From IMG/VR virus record IMGVR_UViG_3300008107_000029, positions 32,833 to 96,832 of that record: a DNA stretch of 64,000 nt. One strand, written 5' to 3'. Positions 43,663 through 53,500 of this stretch are shown here, in pieces; position 1 is the first letter of the stretch; each line of letters opens with the position of its first letter. This DNA comes from a virus. The translations under genes were made by a program, and so were the position numbers. The notes under the pieces were generated by a model. That model was not told where the DNA came from. It did no database searches and saw only the letters and a list, made by a program, of their open reading frames with translations.

Positions 43663-43986
43663 TTATGCCCCCATCTCTTTGATTAACTCTTGTGTTTTCT
43701 TTCTACGTTCTTCTCTTAGTAATCTGTCACGATCATCGTCCATGGATGATTGTAGCAGATTTGTAAAGTTGGCATAGAACCACCCAAGTGGGTGATGGTC
43801 TTTTGCTGTCTTAAAGTAGTAATCTATAATACTTTGAACAACATCAATGTTAAATTCATCAATCAAATCTCGCATTGCCCACTTGTCTTTATATCTATTA
43901 ACTAATGGAGTCTCCTTATATAAAGACTGATAGCGACTGATATAGTAATCAATCGCTGTCATTGCCTTCTTAAAATCTTTAGCCAC
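43663..43986 (-). CDS. hypothetical protein
   Basis: 107-aa ORF coupled to the helicase. Confidence 0.7.
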   Translation of the reverse strand: MAKDFKKAMTAIDYYISRYQSLYKETPLVNRYKDKWAMRDLIDEFNIDVVQSIIDYYFKTAKDHHPLGWFYANFTNLLQSSMDDDRDRLLREERRKKTQELIKEMGA

Positions 43987-44176
43987 GTTTTAAATCTTCC
44001 TGTATCTCATTTGCTTTTTGTTGTAACTTAACCTCTACAAAATTATACACTCTTTCAAAGGCTTCGTCAAGTGACTCGTCTTTTCTTACTTCATCTTCTA
44101 GGCCTATCTCTACGTGAATGCTCTCAAAGTTCCCCAGGTTCATCACGTACTTCAACGTTGTCTTTACTTGTCCCAT
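43979..44176 (-). CDS. hypothetical protein
   Basis: 65 aa, NLGNFES motif, AGGAG SD. Confidence 0.75.
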   Translation of the reverse strand: MGQVKTTLKYVMNLGNFESIHVEIGLEDEVRKDESLDEAFERVYNFVEVKLQQKANEIQEDLKRG

Positions 44177-44489
44177 TTCCTTCTCCTTCTACTTGAAATC
44201 CAAATTTAGTTCTCTGAACATTATCTTCTAACGCCTCACTCAATAATAGCCAACTGTTGGCTATCTTGTCAAGTACGTCTGGTCTTTCTTGCTCTGATGC
44301 TAACTGCATTGCTTCTGCTAGACTCGTTGCTGCTGCTCCAAGGGCTACACTTCTTGTTAATGGTTGCTCCTCTACTTGATCATCTGAACCATCTAACCTT
44401 TCAAGGATCTCGTGAAGCAACTCTTCATGTTTATCTAAACTCTTGTGCTTGCCAAATCGGAACAAACCTGTCATCAGCCGTCTTAACAT
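44124..44489 (-). CDS. hypothetical protein (start uncertain)
   Basis: ORF fills the gap and overlaps both neighbours. Confidence 0.55.
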   Translation of the reverse strand: MLRRLMTGLFRFGKHKSLDKHEELLHEILERLDGSDDQVEEQPLTRSVALGAAATSLAEAMQLASEQERPDVLDKIANSWLLLSEALEDNVQRTKFGFQVEGEGNGTSKDNVEVRDEPGEL

Positions 44490-44943
44490 AAAGTACCTGT
44501 GCCCTTCCCATCATTGCTCTTAGTTCTTCCTTGCTTGGTACGTTCCATGAGAGAACTATACCATCCTTTCTTGGTCTTCCTCTACCAACAGAAGCCATAT
44601 AATCTCTAATGTCCATTACGTGTGATTCGCTAAAATAATAAACGCCACCACGCTTTTGCTTATCTGGTCTTCTTGCAATCGTACCCCATTGAATGTTATT
44701 AGCATACATCCCTTTTCTTATTCTGTCTGGATGTCTATTAATAAACTTTGCAACCTCTCCAATAGTAAAAGCATACTCAAACTCTTTCTTTACTTGAGAA
44801 AGAATGTAAGCACGTTTTTCTTTTGATTCATAATCAAAAGCGTAAAGAATGTTTTGACCACGATCAACTAAATGAATCTCATGTAGTTTTCCGTTAAGAA
44901 AAAACTTTCTTCTCCTTGGGGAGACTGGAGGTCCTACTTTCAT
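44431..44943 (-). CDS. putative DNA-binding protein (MerR-like HTH)
   Basis: FTIGEVAKFINRH; GRGRPRK AT-hook-like motif. Confidence 0.6.
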   Translation of the reverse strand: MKVGPPVSPRRRKFFLNGKLHEIHLVDRGQNILYAFDYESKEKRAYILSQVKKEFEYAFTIGEVAKFINRHPDRIRKGMYANNIQWGTIARRPDKQKRGGVYYFSESHVMDIRDYMASVGRGRPRKDGIVLSWNVPSKEELRAMMGRAQVLYVKTADDRFVPIWQAQEFR

Positions 44944-44946
44944 TGC

Positions 44947-45138
44947 TTAACCCTGTACTATTTTCAGGTATTGTTTTTCAACCTTCATTAGCCATTGTGG
45001 AAAGCGACCTTTGCTTTCAGCATTGTGAAAGATCCATCGCCTTCCACACATAATGCAAGCAAGTTCAATATGGTCTTCGCCTGTTAAAACTCTGTCAACA
45101 AAGATTCGTCCAGAACAGACTTTGCAGTTCATCATCAT
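44947..45138 (-). CDS. Zn-ribbon hypothetical protein
   Basis: C..C.GR.FVDR...C..CG.R. Confidence 0.7.
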   Translation of the reverse strand: MMMNCKVCSGRIFVDRVLTGEDHIELACIMCGRRWIFHNAESKGRFPQWLMKVEKQYLKIVQG

Positions 45139-45887
45139 GCTGAGAATATTTTCCCATCAACAACAGTGGTGTAATCCTTAATCTCGCAGATTTGAACGTG
45201 GACTTCGTTATCTACAACGTGAGCAATAGCAAATCCCATTTGCCAGTTCCAGTTATTAGTATAATCCATTTGAGAAATACTAGACATATGACCAATTTCA
45301 TATCCAGAAAGATCTCTTCCAGATAGTGGACTTGTCTTACGGTAAACACCGATTCTATGTGAGTGTCCTCTAAGAATAGAGACATCGAAGTTATCTACGT
45401 CTTTTCTTACTGACTCTCCAGCATTTTGCGAAATAGCAACTCCATGGTGAACATAGAAGTTTTCAAATCGTTTTACTGGTGGCTCTTGATATGAGTGCCA
45501 AGCAAATCCATGCTTCTTAAGATCATAAAGACTTTCAGGACTAATCAATCCATCTAGTGCTGGAGCCTTCTTTCTAATGTATTCATTGTGTCTTGTCCAT
45601 CCATGATTACCGTCATGGAAGTGCTTATCTGCACCTGGAGCCAACTTAGTCAAATCTCCAAGAAAGTCGTTTACCATCTTAGTATCAATAACAATTTTAT
45701 TATTTACTTCATCAGGTGTGCCGTCGGCCCATCTTGAAGTTCCATCAGCATCATCAATATCTCCTACGAGATCGATACTGTCTGGCTTCCATGCCTTTAC
45801 CACCTTCAAGAACAGTTCGACTGCTCTTGGATCATGGCGTGGGAAATGGATATCTGAGGCAAAGATTGCCTTGTGAACATTTGACAT
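45135..45887 (-). CDS. calcineurin-like metallophosphoesterase
   Basis: SDIH, GD..D, GNH, HG, GHSHR. Confidence 0.9.
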   Translation of the reverse strand: MSNVHKAIFASDIHFPRHDPRAVELFLKVVKAWKPDSIDLVGDIDDADGTSRWADGTPDEVNNKIVIDTKMVNDFLGDLTKLAPGADKHFHDGNHGWTRHNEYIRKKAPALDGLISPESLYDLKKHGFAWHSYQEPPVKRFENFYVHHGVAISQNAGESVRKDVDNFDVSILRGHSHRIGVYRKTSPLSGRDLSGYEIGHMSSISQMDYTNNWNWQMGFAIAHVVDNEVHVQICEIKDYTTVVDGKIFSA

Positions 45888-45897
45888 TTATTTTCCT

Positions 45898-46332
45898 TTA
45901 TCTAGTTCCGACTGCAATAAAGTTTAAAGTAATCGGAGTATTCGCTGGTACCGTTGTTGGTCCGTATAGTGTACCAGTAACTTGTGCATTTGACACGTTT
46001 GAAAGAGACACTTCAAAAGTGTATGTCTTTCCAACGACATTTGGTGTAACTGTTACAACTGGCAAACTGCCAGAAGTTGCTTGAAATACTGATTTAAAAT
46101 CAATTGTAAATTGTTGTGATTGACTTCCAGTCCAAGGAAGAAGTTGCGTTCCAGCAACAATCTTTAATTTTCCTAAGTCAACGTCTACCCCGTTAATGTT
46201 GTGAGTTAGTCTAGTATTCTGTTGAACTCTTTGAATTGAGTTTACCTGAGTCTGAATATTATTTAATTCATTTACAAGATTATTAAACTCTTCAATAGTA
46301 AACGGTGATCCGCTACTTAATTGTTTTGCCAT
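45898..46332 (-). CDS. tail fibre-associated protein
   Basis: Coiled coil then F...P.VTVT...FIAVG beta domain. Confidence 0.6.
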   Translation of the reverse strand: MAKQLSSGSPFTIEEFNNLVNELNNIQTQVNSIQRVQQNTRLTHNINGVDVDLGKLKIVAGTQLLPWTGSQSQQFTIDFKSVFQATSGSLPVVTVTPNVVGKTYTFEVSLSNVSNAQVTGTLYGPTTVPANTPITLNFIAVGTR

Positions 46333-46493
46333 TACTTAGTCTCCTTGGGTTGCTTAAGCAATGCAATCTCTGCATCCTTAGCCTTAAGTTGTTCTGTAGC
46401 AGTAGCCTTCAAGATAGCCATCTTTGCTTCGTAGTCGGCAACAATTTGCCCAATACGTTGCTGAAGTTCTGTTGCTATAAGTTCGTAGTTCAT
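46332..46493 (-). CDS. small coiled-coil protein
   Basis: ORF track 46332..46544; ATG at 46493 (MNYELIATELQQRIG) has AGGAG upstream. Confidence 0.65.
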   Translation of the reverse strand: MNYELIATELQQRIGQIVADYEAKMAILKATATEQLKAKDAEIALLKQPKETK

Positions 46494-46500
46494 ATTTCTC

Positions 46501-47616
46501 CTAGTGGTTGTGTCCCTTAACGCCTGTAATATTTGGTGCTCCAACAGTGGTAAAGTAATCCTCTAATTGAGCAATACGAGATCCGTATGCCTCAAAGTCA
46601 GATATCTTACCCTGTAGTGCAGCATCCAATTTTGCTTCCGCAATTGTAGCATCTGCAATCTTAGCATTAGTGACTGACAAATCTCTAATGTGGTTAGTCG
46701 TCACTGCTCTGTCAGCATCTATTGTAGCAGAGTCTTTAAGTTTTGTCGAGTCTACTGCATCGTTTTGAATCATCAAAGTTGAAATAGTTAATGATGGAAG
46801 CGTAACTGTCCCAGTAAATGTTGGTGATTCTAAAGGAGCCTTTTCTCCAAGGCTTGTCGCAATTGTCGAAGCAAAGTTTGGATCATCTCCCAAGGCTGCT
46901 GCTAATTCATTTAATGTGTTTAATGTAGTTGGTGCAGTGTCAACAAGGTTTGCTATTGCAGTACTTACAAAGGCAGTAGTCGCTATCTGTGTTGTATTTG
47001 TTCCAGATGTAGCAGTAGGGGCAAGCGGAGTTCCTGTTAAACTAGGAGATGCAATATTTGCTTTGAGTCCCAAATCAGTTGTAAGATTGAATATCTTGCT
47101 TTGGGCAATTGCTGCAGTTGCACTTATATCTTCATTAACAATAGTTCCATTAGCAATCTTTGCAGAGGTAACTGAGCCATCTACCAGAGAGGCACCACCC
47201 ATAACTCCAGAGCCAGTTACTGTAAGAGATGAACCATTCCAAATTAGGTAAGATCCGTCAGTAATATAACCTTCGTCTCCAACAACACGAGGAACAATAA
47301 CCTGTTCTCCAAGAACTGTATCTATTTTTACGTTTCCTGCACCAAACTTACCATCTGGTAATACGATAAAGTCATCTACTGGAGTTTCACCTACAGTAAT
47401 AGATCCTGCAGCAAACTGACCACGTACAATAACATCGTTGAACTCTGCGTTTCCAGACTTGTTAATCTTCCATCCAGACTCTTCTGCAACATAGTTTGGA
47501 GAACTAATTGAGTCTACTACAAGTGAAAAGGTTTCAGTAACGATGTTAAATGGGGTCTCTTCGTATGTACCAAAGACTGCCTCTGCTGACTCTATGTCAT
47601 AAAACGTATCTGCCAT
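46501..47616 (-). CDS. tail fibre / host-specificity protein
   Basis: S.NYV....GW.INK.GNAEFN.V.VRG; SP.LTGTP.APT, TQIATTAFV, LNTLNELAAALG.DPNF. Confidence 0.85.
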   Translation of the reverse strand: MADTFYDIESAEAVFGTYEETPFNIVTETFSLVVDSISSPNYVAEESGWKINKSGNAEFNDVIVRGQFAAGSITVGETPVDDFIVLPDGKFGAGNVKIDTVLGEQVIVPRVVGDEGYITDGSYLIWNGSSLTVTGSGVMGGASLVDGSVTSAKIANGTIVNEDISATAAIAQSKIFNLTTDLGLKANIASPSLTGTPLAPTATSGTNTTQIATTAFVSTAIANLVDTAPTTLNTLNELAAALGDDPNFASTIATSLGEKAPLESPTFTGTVTLPSLTISTLMIQNDAVDSTKLKDSATIDADRAVTTNHIRDLSVTNAKIADATIAEAKLDAALQGKISDFEAYGSRIAQLEDYFTTVGAPNITGVKGHNH

Positions 47617-48044
47617 TACACCTTCACCACCTTATATGCTGCTCTAGCAATTCTTTTATCTAGCCCGTCTAAATCTACAATGTGTGCAATGTCTGCAATT
47701 GCACCAGATGTATTATAGTTTACTTCATACCCATTTGGCAAGTTTAATCCTGGAGTCCAAAACTTCCAAAGAAACTCAATCTTGACAGTGTTATTATTGA
47801 TGGCTGGAAGCACAACGCTAACGACCTCTTGTGGCAATCTAATGATATATTTTCCAGGAGCACTTTCTACTACAGGGCTTTTTGTAGACACGTCTGGGAC
47901 CCCTACAGGGGCGTTTAAGACGTAAAGAGGAGACCATTGACCTAACTCTCCACCAGAGCCAACTGCACGATATCTTAACTTGTATTTCTTATTGGGATCT
48001 AAGTTAGGAACAATTTTATCCATTGTAGTCCTATACGAAATCAA
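47616..48044 (-). CDS. minor tail protein with FN3-like segment
   Basis: L.P...Y..R.RA...G.G.WS. Confidence 0.55.
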   Translation of the reverse strand: MISYRTTMDKIVPNLDPNKKYKLRYRAVGSGGELGQWSPLYVLNAPVGVPDVSTKSPVVESAPGKYIIRLPQEVVSVVLPAINNNTVKIEFLWKFWTPGLNLPNGYEVNYNTSGAIADIAHIVDLDGLDKRIARAAYKVVKV

Positions 48045-48900
48045 TACCTAGTTGAATTTCGATATCAACTGGTACGCCACTTAGTTTAGTTGTTAAAGAT
48101 GATAACTTTTGTTTTACAATCATTGCGTTGAATGGTGAAACTGAATCAATTTCTTCAAACTTAAATCCATCTAGGATAACAGTCTGAGAGCCATTATTAA
48201 CAAACTCAAACTTGGTTATCTTACTGAAGTCTACAGTCTGTGTTCCGATTTCTTTCTTTAATGTAACATAAGCATTTGAGCCAACAACGTCATACTTAAC
48301 TACAGAGTTTGCCTGGGTTAGTTGAATTAGCATTGGAGTAGTTGGATTAACAGAGTCATAAACCTTTAGTGTAATATCAAAAGTAGGGGTTGTGTTGTTT
48401 ACGATCAAAGCAAGGTTTACCTTATCCTGTGCTGACACATAGTTATAATTTTTATTGTTTGATGTAAATGCTGAAGATGCAGATCCTTGTAACTTAAGGC
48501 CTTGGGTTCCTACACGAATTAAGGACTCTTGCCCTGTGGTAGCCTTTGATACCATCGTAGAATTAACATTACCAAGGGTATATCCTTCTGAGGCTGAGAA
48601 CAACAATGAAACGCTAGATTTAAAACTATTGATGCCAAGCAAACTAACGTTTGGGTACAATGCAATTTCTCCAAGCACAAACTCAGAGTTGCCTTCTACT
48701 GTTGACTGAAATACTGCTCTTCTTGTAGCCCCTTCAATAGCACCAGAGGATACTTCAAATCTTCCTATCTCAAAGTCTAATGAGGTCTCTGTAGATAGTG
48801 GTGTTGCAAAGCCAGTTCCTACGGCAATATCGCCAGCAAAGGAAGGTGCTACTCCTGCTAGGTATCTTAAAATTAAGTCTTTTCCTTGGTCAGTTATCAT
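48031..48900 (-). CDS. minor tail protein
   Basis: MIT.QGK..I..YLAG...IAVGTG...L.FE..R N-terminus; tail-module position. Confidence 0.7.
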   Translation of the reverse strand: MITDQGKDLILRYLAGVAPSFAGDIAVGTGFATPLSTETSLDFEIGRFEVSSGAIEGATRRAVFQSTVEGNSEFVLGEIALYPNVSLLGINSFKSSVSLLFSASEGYTLGNVNSTMVSKATTGQESLIRVGTQGLKLQGSASSAFTSNNKNYNYVSAQDKVNLALIVNNTTPTFDITLKVYDSVNPTTPMLIQLTQANSVVKYDVVGSNAYVTLKKEIGTQTVDFSKITKFEFVNNGSQTVILDGFKFEEIDSVSPFNAMIVKQKLSSLTTKLSGVPVDIEIQLGIDFV

Positions 48901-50564
48901 GTTATATTCTCCATAATATATTGTACCTCATATGTGGCTATACCTCTACGGTCAGGTAGTTCTAGTTTAAGATCATACTTAGGCATTCCAGACACATCTG
49001 TTTTTACTTTATTCTCTACAAACCCAGTAGTTGAAGATGTTCCAAACTTTGCTTTAGTTGCAAATATAGCAGGGCTTAAGATTGGTGAGTATAGTTTGTA
49101 TCCTGAATCTGGTAGTTGGTTTGCAAATATACTTCCACTTGCCTTTGGTAAATTGTATGAACTATCCTTTGTTCCAATTGTAGAAGAAACGGCTAGCCCA
49201 TCTACCTGTAATAATGTAATTGAAGTTAATAAGTTATTAGGCTCCAGTTCAATGCTTTCAATTATGTTTCCTAAAAATGCATCTAAAACATCCTGACCAA
49301 TATTATCAATGCCCTGTGATATAAGGTCAAGAGTCTGCGTTGAATCCATATTTGGTTTTTCTTCATCTGGATCCTTTTTGCCGTCTTTTTCTTCTTCTTT
49401 CTTTGGTGGCTTGGGATCTGGATCTGGGTCAGTACCACCATCAGTACCACCATCAGTACCACCGTCATTGCCACCGTCATTGCCATCATCTCCATCTGAA
49501 CCATCATCTGGACCATCATCAAGACCACCAATAATTCCTGGAATTTTGGCAATGCCTGCACCTATTCTAATCTTAGTTTTTTTCTTTAACTTCTTGCCAC
49601 CCTTTTTAAGTTTGGCCCCTACTCTTTTTACAATATCTTTTGCCTTTTTTGCACCCTGAGACAATTTTGATTTAAGTGGATTTACAATTTTATTCTTTCC
49701 AAATTTACCAATCTTAGATATGCTACCCTTGACTGCTGCTCCTGCTACTCTTGCTGGTGCTTTTAATTTAGCAGCAGCCTTTCCAACTCCAGGAATATTG
49801 TCAACAACCTTTGTTGCAATTTTTGCTGTCTGTGTCTTTACGGCTCCTGCAGTCTTCTTTCCAACTTGCACCGCAGCCTTAGATGCTTGAGTTGCTTTTG
49901 TTGCACCACTTGATGCTGCTTTCTTAACTACTGTTTGAGCAGTCTTCAATCCATCTTTAGTTTTTGTTGCTGCTTTAGATGCTTGAGAAACAACTTTCTG
50001 GGCCATTGGTTTTGCAACTGCTTGTTTAACTACTTGCTTTGCTCCTACTTTTCCTGCAGTTGCTCCTGCTTTAATTGCTGCACCTGCTGCTGTTCCTACT
50101 CCTGGAACAAGCATTAATGCTGTAGTGCCCATTTCAAATGCACCTGCACCTAATGACTTAGCAGCCTTACCCCAGTCTCCATTCTTTGCATGTTTAATAA
50201 CATTACCAAAGTCATCAAGACCCAGTAGTTCATTACCTACAAAACTTCCTGCTTTCTTCAATGCATTACCAACACTACCAAACAAACCACTGCTTTTTTC
50301 TGGTGGCTTAGGCTTTGGCCCAGGGCTTGGACTTGGTGTTGGCATAGGAAGAACTTTACTTGCAACTTGACTCTTAGCAACTGCTGCAGGTGCTTTAATT
50401 AATTGAGGAATAGATGGAAGTGATGGGGTTGGCTTTGAAGCAGTTTGCTTTACTGGTACTGCTGCAGGACTTGGCTTGGGTGCTGGTGCTGCTTTTGGAG
50501 CAGGTGCTGCTTTAGCAGGAGTTGCTACTTTATTAATAACTTTTACTGGAGCCTTAACTACCAT
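48897..50564 (-). CDS. tail-module protein with long Lys/Ala/Pro-rich N-terminal region
   Basis: 555 aa; basic low-complexity N-terminus, hydrophobic segment, acidic GD linker, ~150-aa globular C-terminus. Confidence 0.65.
   Translation of the reverse strand: MVVKAPVKVINKVATPAKAAPAPKAAPAPKPSPAAVPVKQTASKPTPSLPSIPQLIKAPAAVAKSQVASKVLPMPTPSPSPGPKPKPPEKSSGLFGSVGNALKKAGSFVGNELLGLDDFGNVIKHAKNGDWGKAAKSLGAGAFEMGTTALMLVPGVGTAAGAAIKAGATAGKVGAKQVVKQAVAKPMAQKVVSQASKAATKTKDGLKTAQTVVKKAASSGATKATQASKAAVQVGKKTAGAVKTQTAKIATKVVDNIPGVGKAAAKLKAPARVAGAAVKGSISKIGKFGKNKIVNPLKSKLSQGAKKAKDIVKRVGAKLKKGGKKLKKKTKIRIGAGIAKIPGIIGGLDDGPDDGSDGDDGNDGGNDGGTDGGTDGGTDPDPDPKPPKKEEEKDGKKDPDEEKPNMDSTQTLDLISQGIDNIGQDVLDAFLGNIIESIELEPNNLLTSITLLQVDGLAVSSTIGTKDSSYNLPKASGSIFANQLPDSGYKLYSPILSPAIFATKAKFGTSSTTGFVENKVKTDVSGMPKYDLKLELPDRRGIATYEVQYIMENIT
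49429..49488 (-). repeat. 12-nt tandem repeat (GGTD/GGND linker)
   Basis: tcagtaccacca-type unit x3 plus tcattgccaccg-type unit x2. Confidence 0.85.
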
Positions 50565-53500
50565 TATCTAACCTCCCTTAATTCAATTGACATATCTGGT
50601 CCATTTGAATCAACCTTGTACTCAATAGATGTAATGACAAACTTGGAAGATGGGACGCTGTGCTTTTCTGTATAGATTTTAACAAAGTCACCAATTTCTA
50701 AAAATGGATTTGGGAATATGTCAACATCAACAATATTAAATGGCTTTGAACATTTATCTAGGATCCATTGCATTAACTTACTTGCTTGAGCCTGTGTCTG
50801 AATGTAATCAGAAGCAATGTTAAATGTCTTTAGACCATATTTTCTCTTGCTTTGGTTAATTGAATCTAAGAACATTGTTTTTAAACTTTTGTCTGAAAGG
50901 AGTCCAGAAGCAGTAACCCTCTTGCCTGGATCTTCCTTCATAATGACTCCGTAGATTCCTACTTCATTCTTTGTTCCGTCTGAAAGGATAATGGTTCTTC
51001 CAGTCTTATTTCTAAGTTTTAACTTTCCACCAAATGAGTTGGTATTTAGTTCTTCAATAACATATCCAGCACCAACGGAACTCAAGTCTGAAACTACTGA
51101 CCTTAAAATTGGAGTTGCGTTGTATTTAAAATCATATAGTTTTAGTTCATTAACATCTTTACCAAAAGACTCATAGTATCTTGAAGCACTGTTTTCAACG
51201 GCTGTGTAATCTTCGTTTCCTGCATTGTAAACATTAAATTTTCCATATGAAGGCAGATCAACCAATGTATTGTTTGGATCACTCATAGCAGAAATCTTAT
51301 CAAAGATTGCTATTCCATCTCCACGAACAAACATCATGATGTTATTGGTTTTTGGTAGTGGGCTGGAGTCACGTACGGTTCCAACAATATAATTCTGTGC
51401 TGCTATTTCAAAAGTATTGTCTGTTCCAACATTTACTTTAAGATTTGTCCATCCAGTATCTGCCCCACTTGTAGATAGATCTCCAAATGGTGTAATAACA
51501 TTCTGATTTACATTTTCAATAGTACCTACAAACAAAACCTTGACCTTAAGCATTCCTGCTGAAGAATATACTTTATAAAATCTAAGATTGTTATCAATCA
51601 AGGTCCTTCCACCAGAAGCACCAAATTCAAGATAGTATCCTTCACCCGTTGTAGTATTGACGTGAATCCCAATACCTGCTACTGGAACATTTGATAAATT
51701 TTCTAAGTTTGAAGATCTTGATTGGCTTTGTAGAATTGCCAACCTTGCACTATAAGATGTATATACATGGTCTAGTTTCTTATAGCATCCTTGAATAATT
51801 GCATCTTCTTTTTGTGTTAACTTCATAGATTTAACCATCTCAGCCTCTAGGCCAGTTAGGTCTCCGTCAATTACGCTTTCGTACCATTCTGATATATCTC
51901 CACCAGAATTCATTTTTGTTCCAGTAATAACAACCGCTCCAGTTGTGATAGAACCAATGTTGTCTAAAACTTGTGACTCATTTGATCTTTGCACGGAAAA
52001 TCCATTGTTGTTGGAATTTGGAGAAGCGTTAAATCTCATTGCTGCGTCGTACATATGAATTGATGCATTAGTCCATTCAGAGGTAAGTGCTGACGAAGAG
52101 TTCATCCCTATATGTTCTTTTGGAGTAGTTCCAAACTTTCCTCTACCATCAGATACCACCTTGTAGGTTATTTCTGTAGATGTTGAAGATGTTTGCTCAA
52201 ATTCTAACTTTAGAGCAATTCTCCCAGTCGTAAGTGCAACGTCTCCAACCTTACTTGACTCTTGGTTATTAATTTTATCAACATCTGAGAAGACCATATA
52301 CTTAATAGGGGCTATGTTGCTCATTATCATTGAGTTGTATGGGCCATACTTTTCTGCAATATCTGATCCAGTTTTATTAAACTTAATTGTAAGGTCGTCT
52401 GGAGTGGCTGTAATTGAATAAACTCCATTGATGTCTGACGTTCCAGTAATCACAATAGAGTCATTTATATTAAGTGAATGTGGCTCTACTGTGTTTAAGG
52501 TTATAACGTTTGTGGCTCTGCTATATTTGTTTACTGAATATCCTTTTTTAGAAACTGGAACCTTGATATATTCAATCCCTTTAAACTCCACATATTCATT
52601 GTCAATTCTTAGATAACCAGAATATGGAAAAGTATACATATCTAAACTAGAAAGATTAATGTATTTTGTTTTATCATCTATTGTGGTTGTAGATAAAACC
52701 TTTGCAGTCAATAAGTCGTTTAATGTAGAGTATGGGTTAGATGCTATCTCTGACTTAAGAACAGTAATAGTTTTGTCAGTTAGCCTGCCAGATTTTAAAG
52801 TATCCATCAAGCATGATCCAGCAAGGATGTTTTCTGAATTGCTGCTTCCTTCTCCATCGCTTGATCTGTTTCCAGGACTCCATACTTTTTGAAAAGAAGC
52901 CTTGGATTGAAATGCAAATGGGTTAACTCCAATGTCTTTCTTTGCTGCATTTGAAAATGTATCTGTGGGTAGTGCTTGATAGGACTTCCAAGATCTTGGC
53001 TTGTATGCAACGTCTCCATCATTTACAACATCTGACAATACTTTTTGTAGGCTAGAAACATTTGCTAGGTAATCAACATCAGTAACTGCATAAGAACCAG
53101 AGTATGGGTTGGAGTTAAACGATGGCTTTGATGCAACACCAGCAACAACATCTATATCTTCAGTTGTAATCCACCAAGATTCAGGAGCCTCTGGGTTCAT
53201 TAAATACTCTCTGCTTGCAAACGTTAAATTTCCGTTAGCGTCAATAAATATAGCCGACTGGGTTGCACTGGCAATATCGCTTAAAACTTCTGCAATTGTT
53301 TTTTCTCTAGAAGAAAAAAAGTATTGAATGGAATCTACAGAGTTGGAGTTAGTTAAAATTCTAAAGTTAGTGTGTCCAATGTTATGAAGCATTGATTGAA
53401 TTGCAAGAGTTACAGGTACGTTTGGGTTAGATATAAATATGTCATTAGAACTTTTTGACTGCAAGAACTTCATAAAATCATACAGTTCTCCAGATACTTC

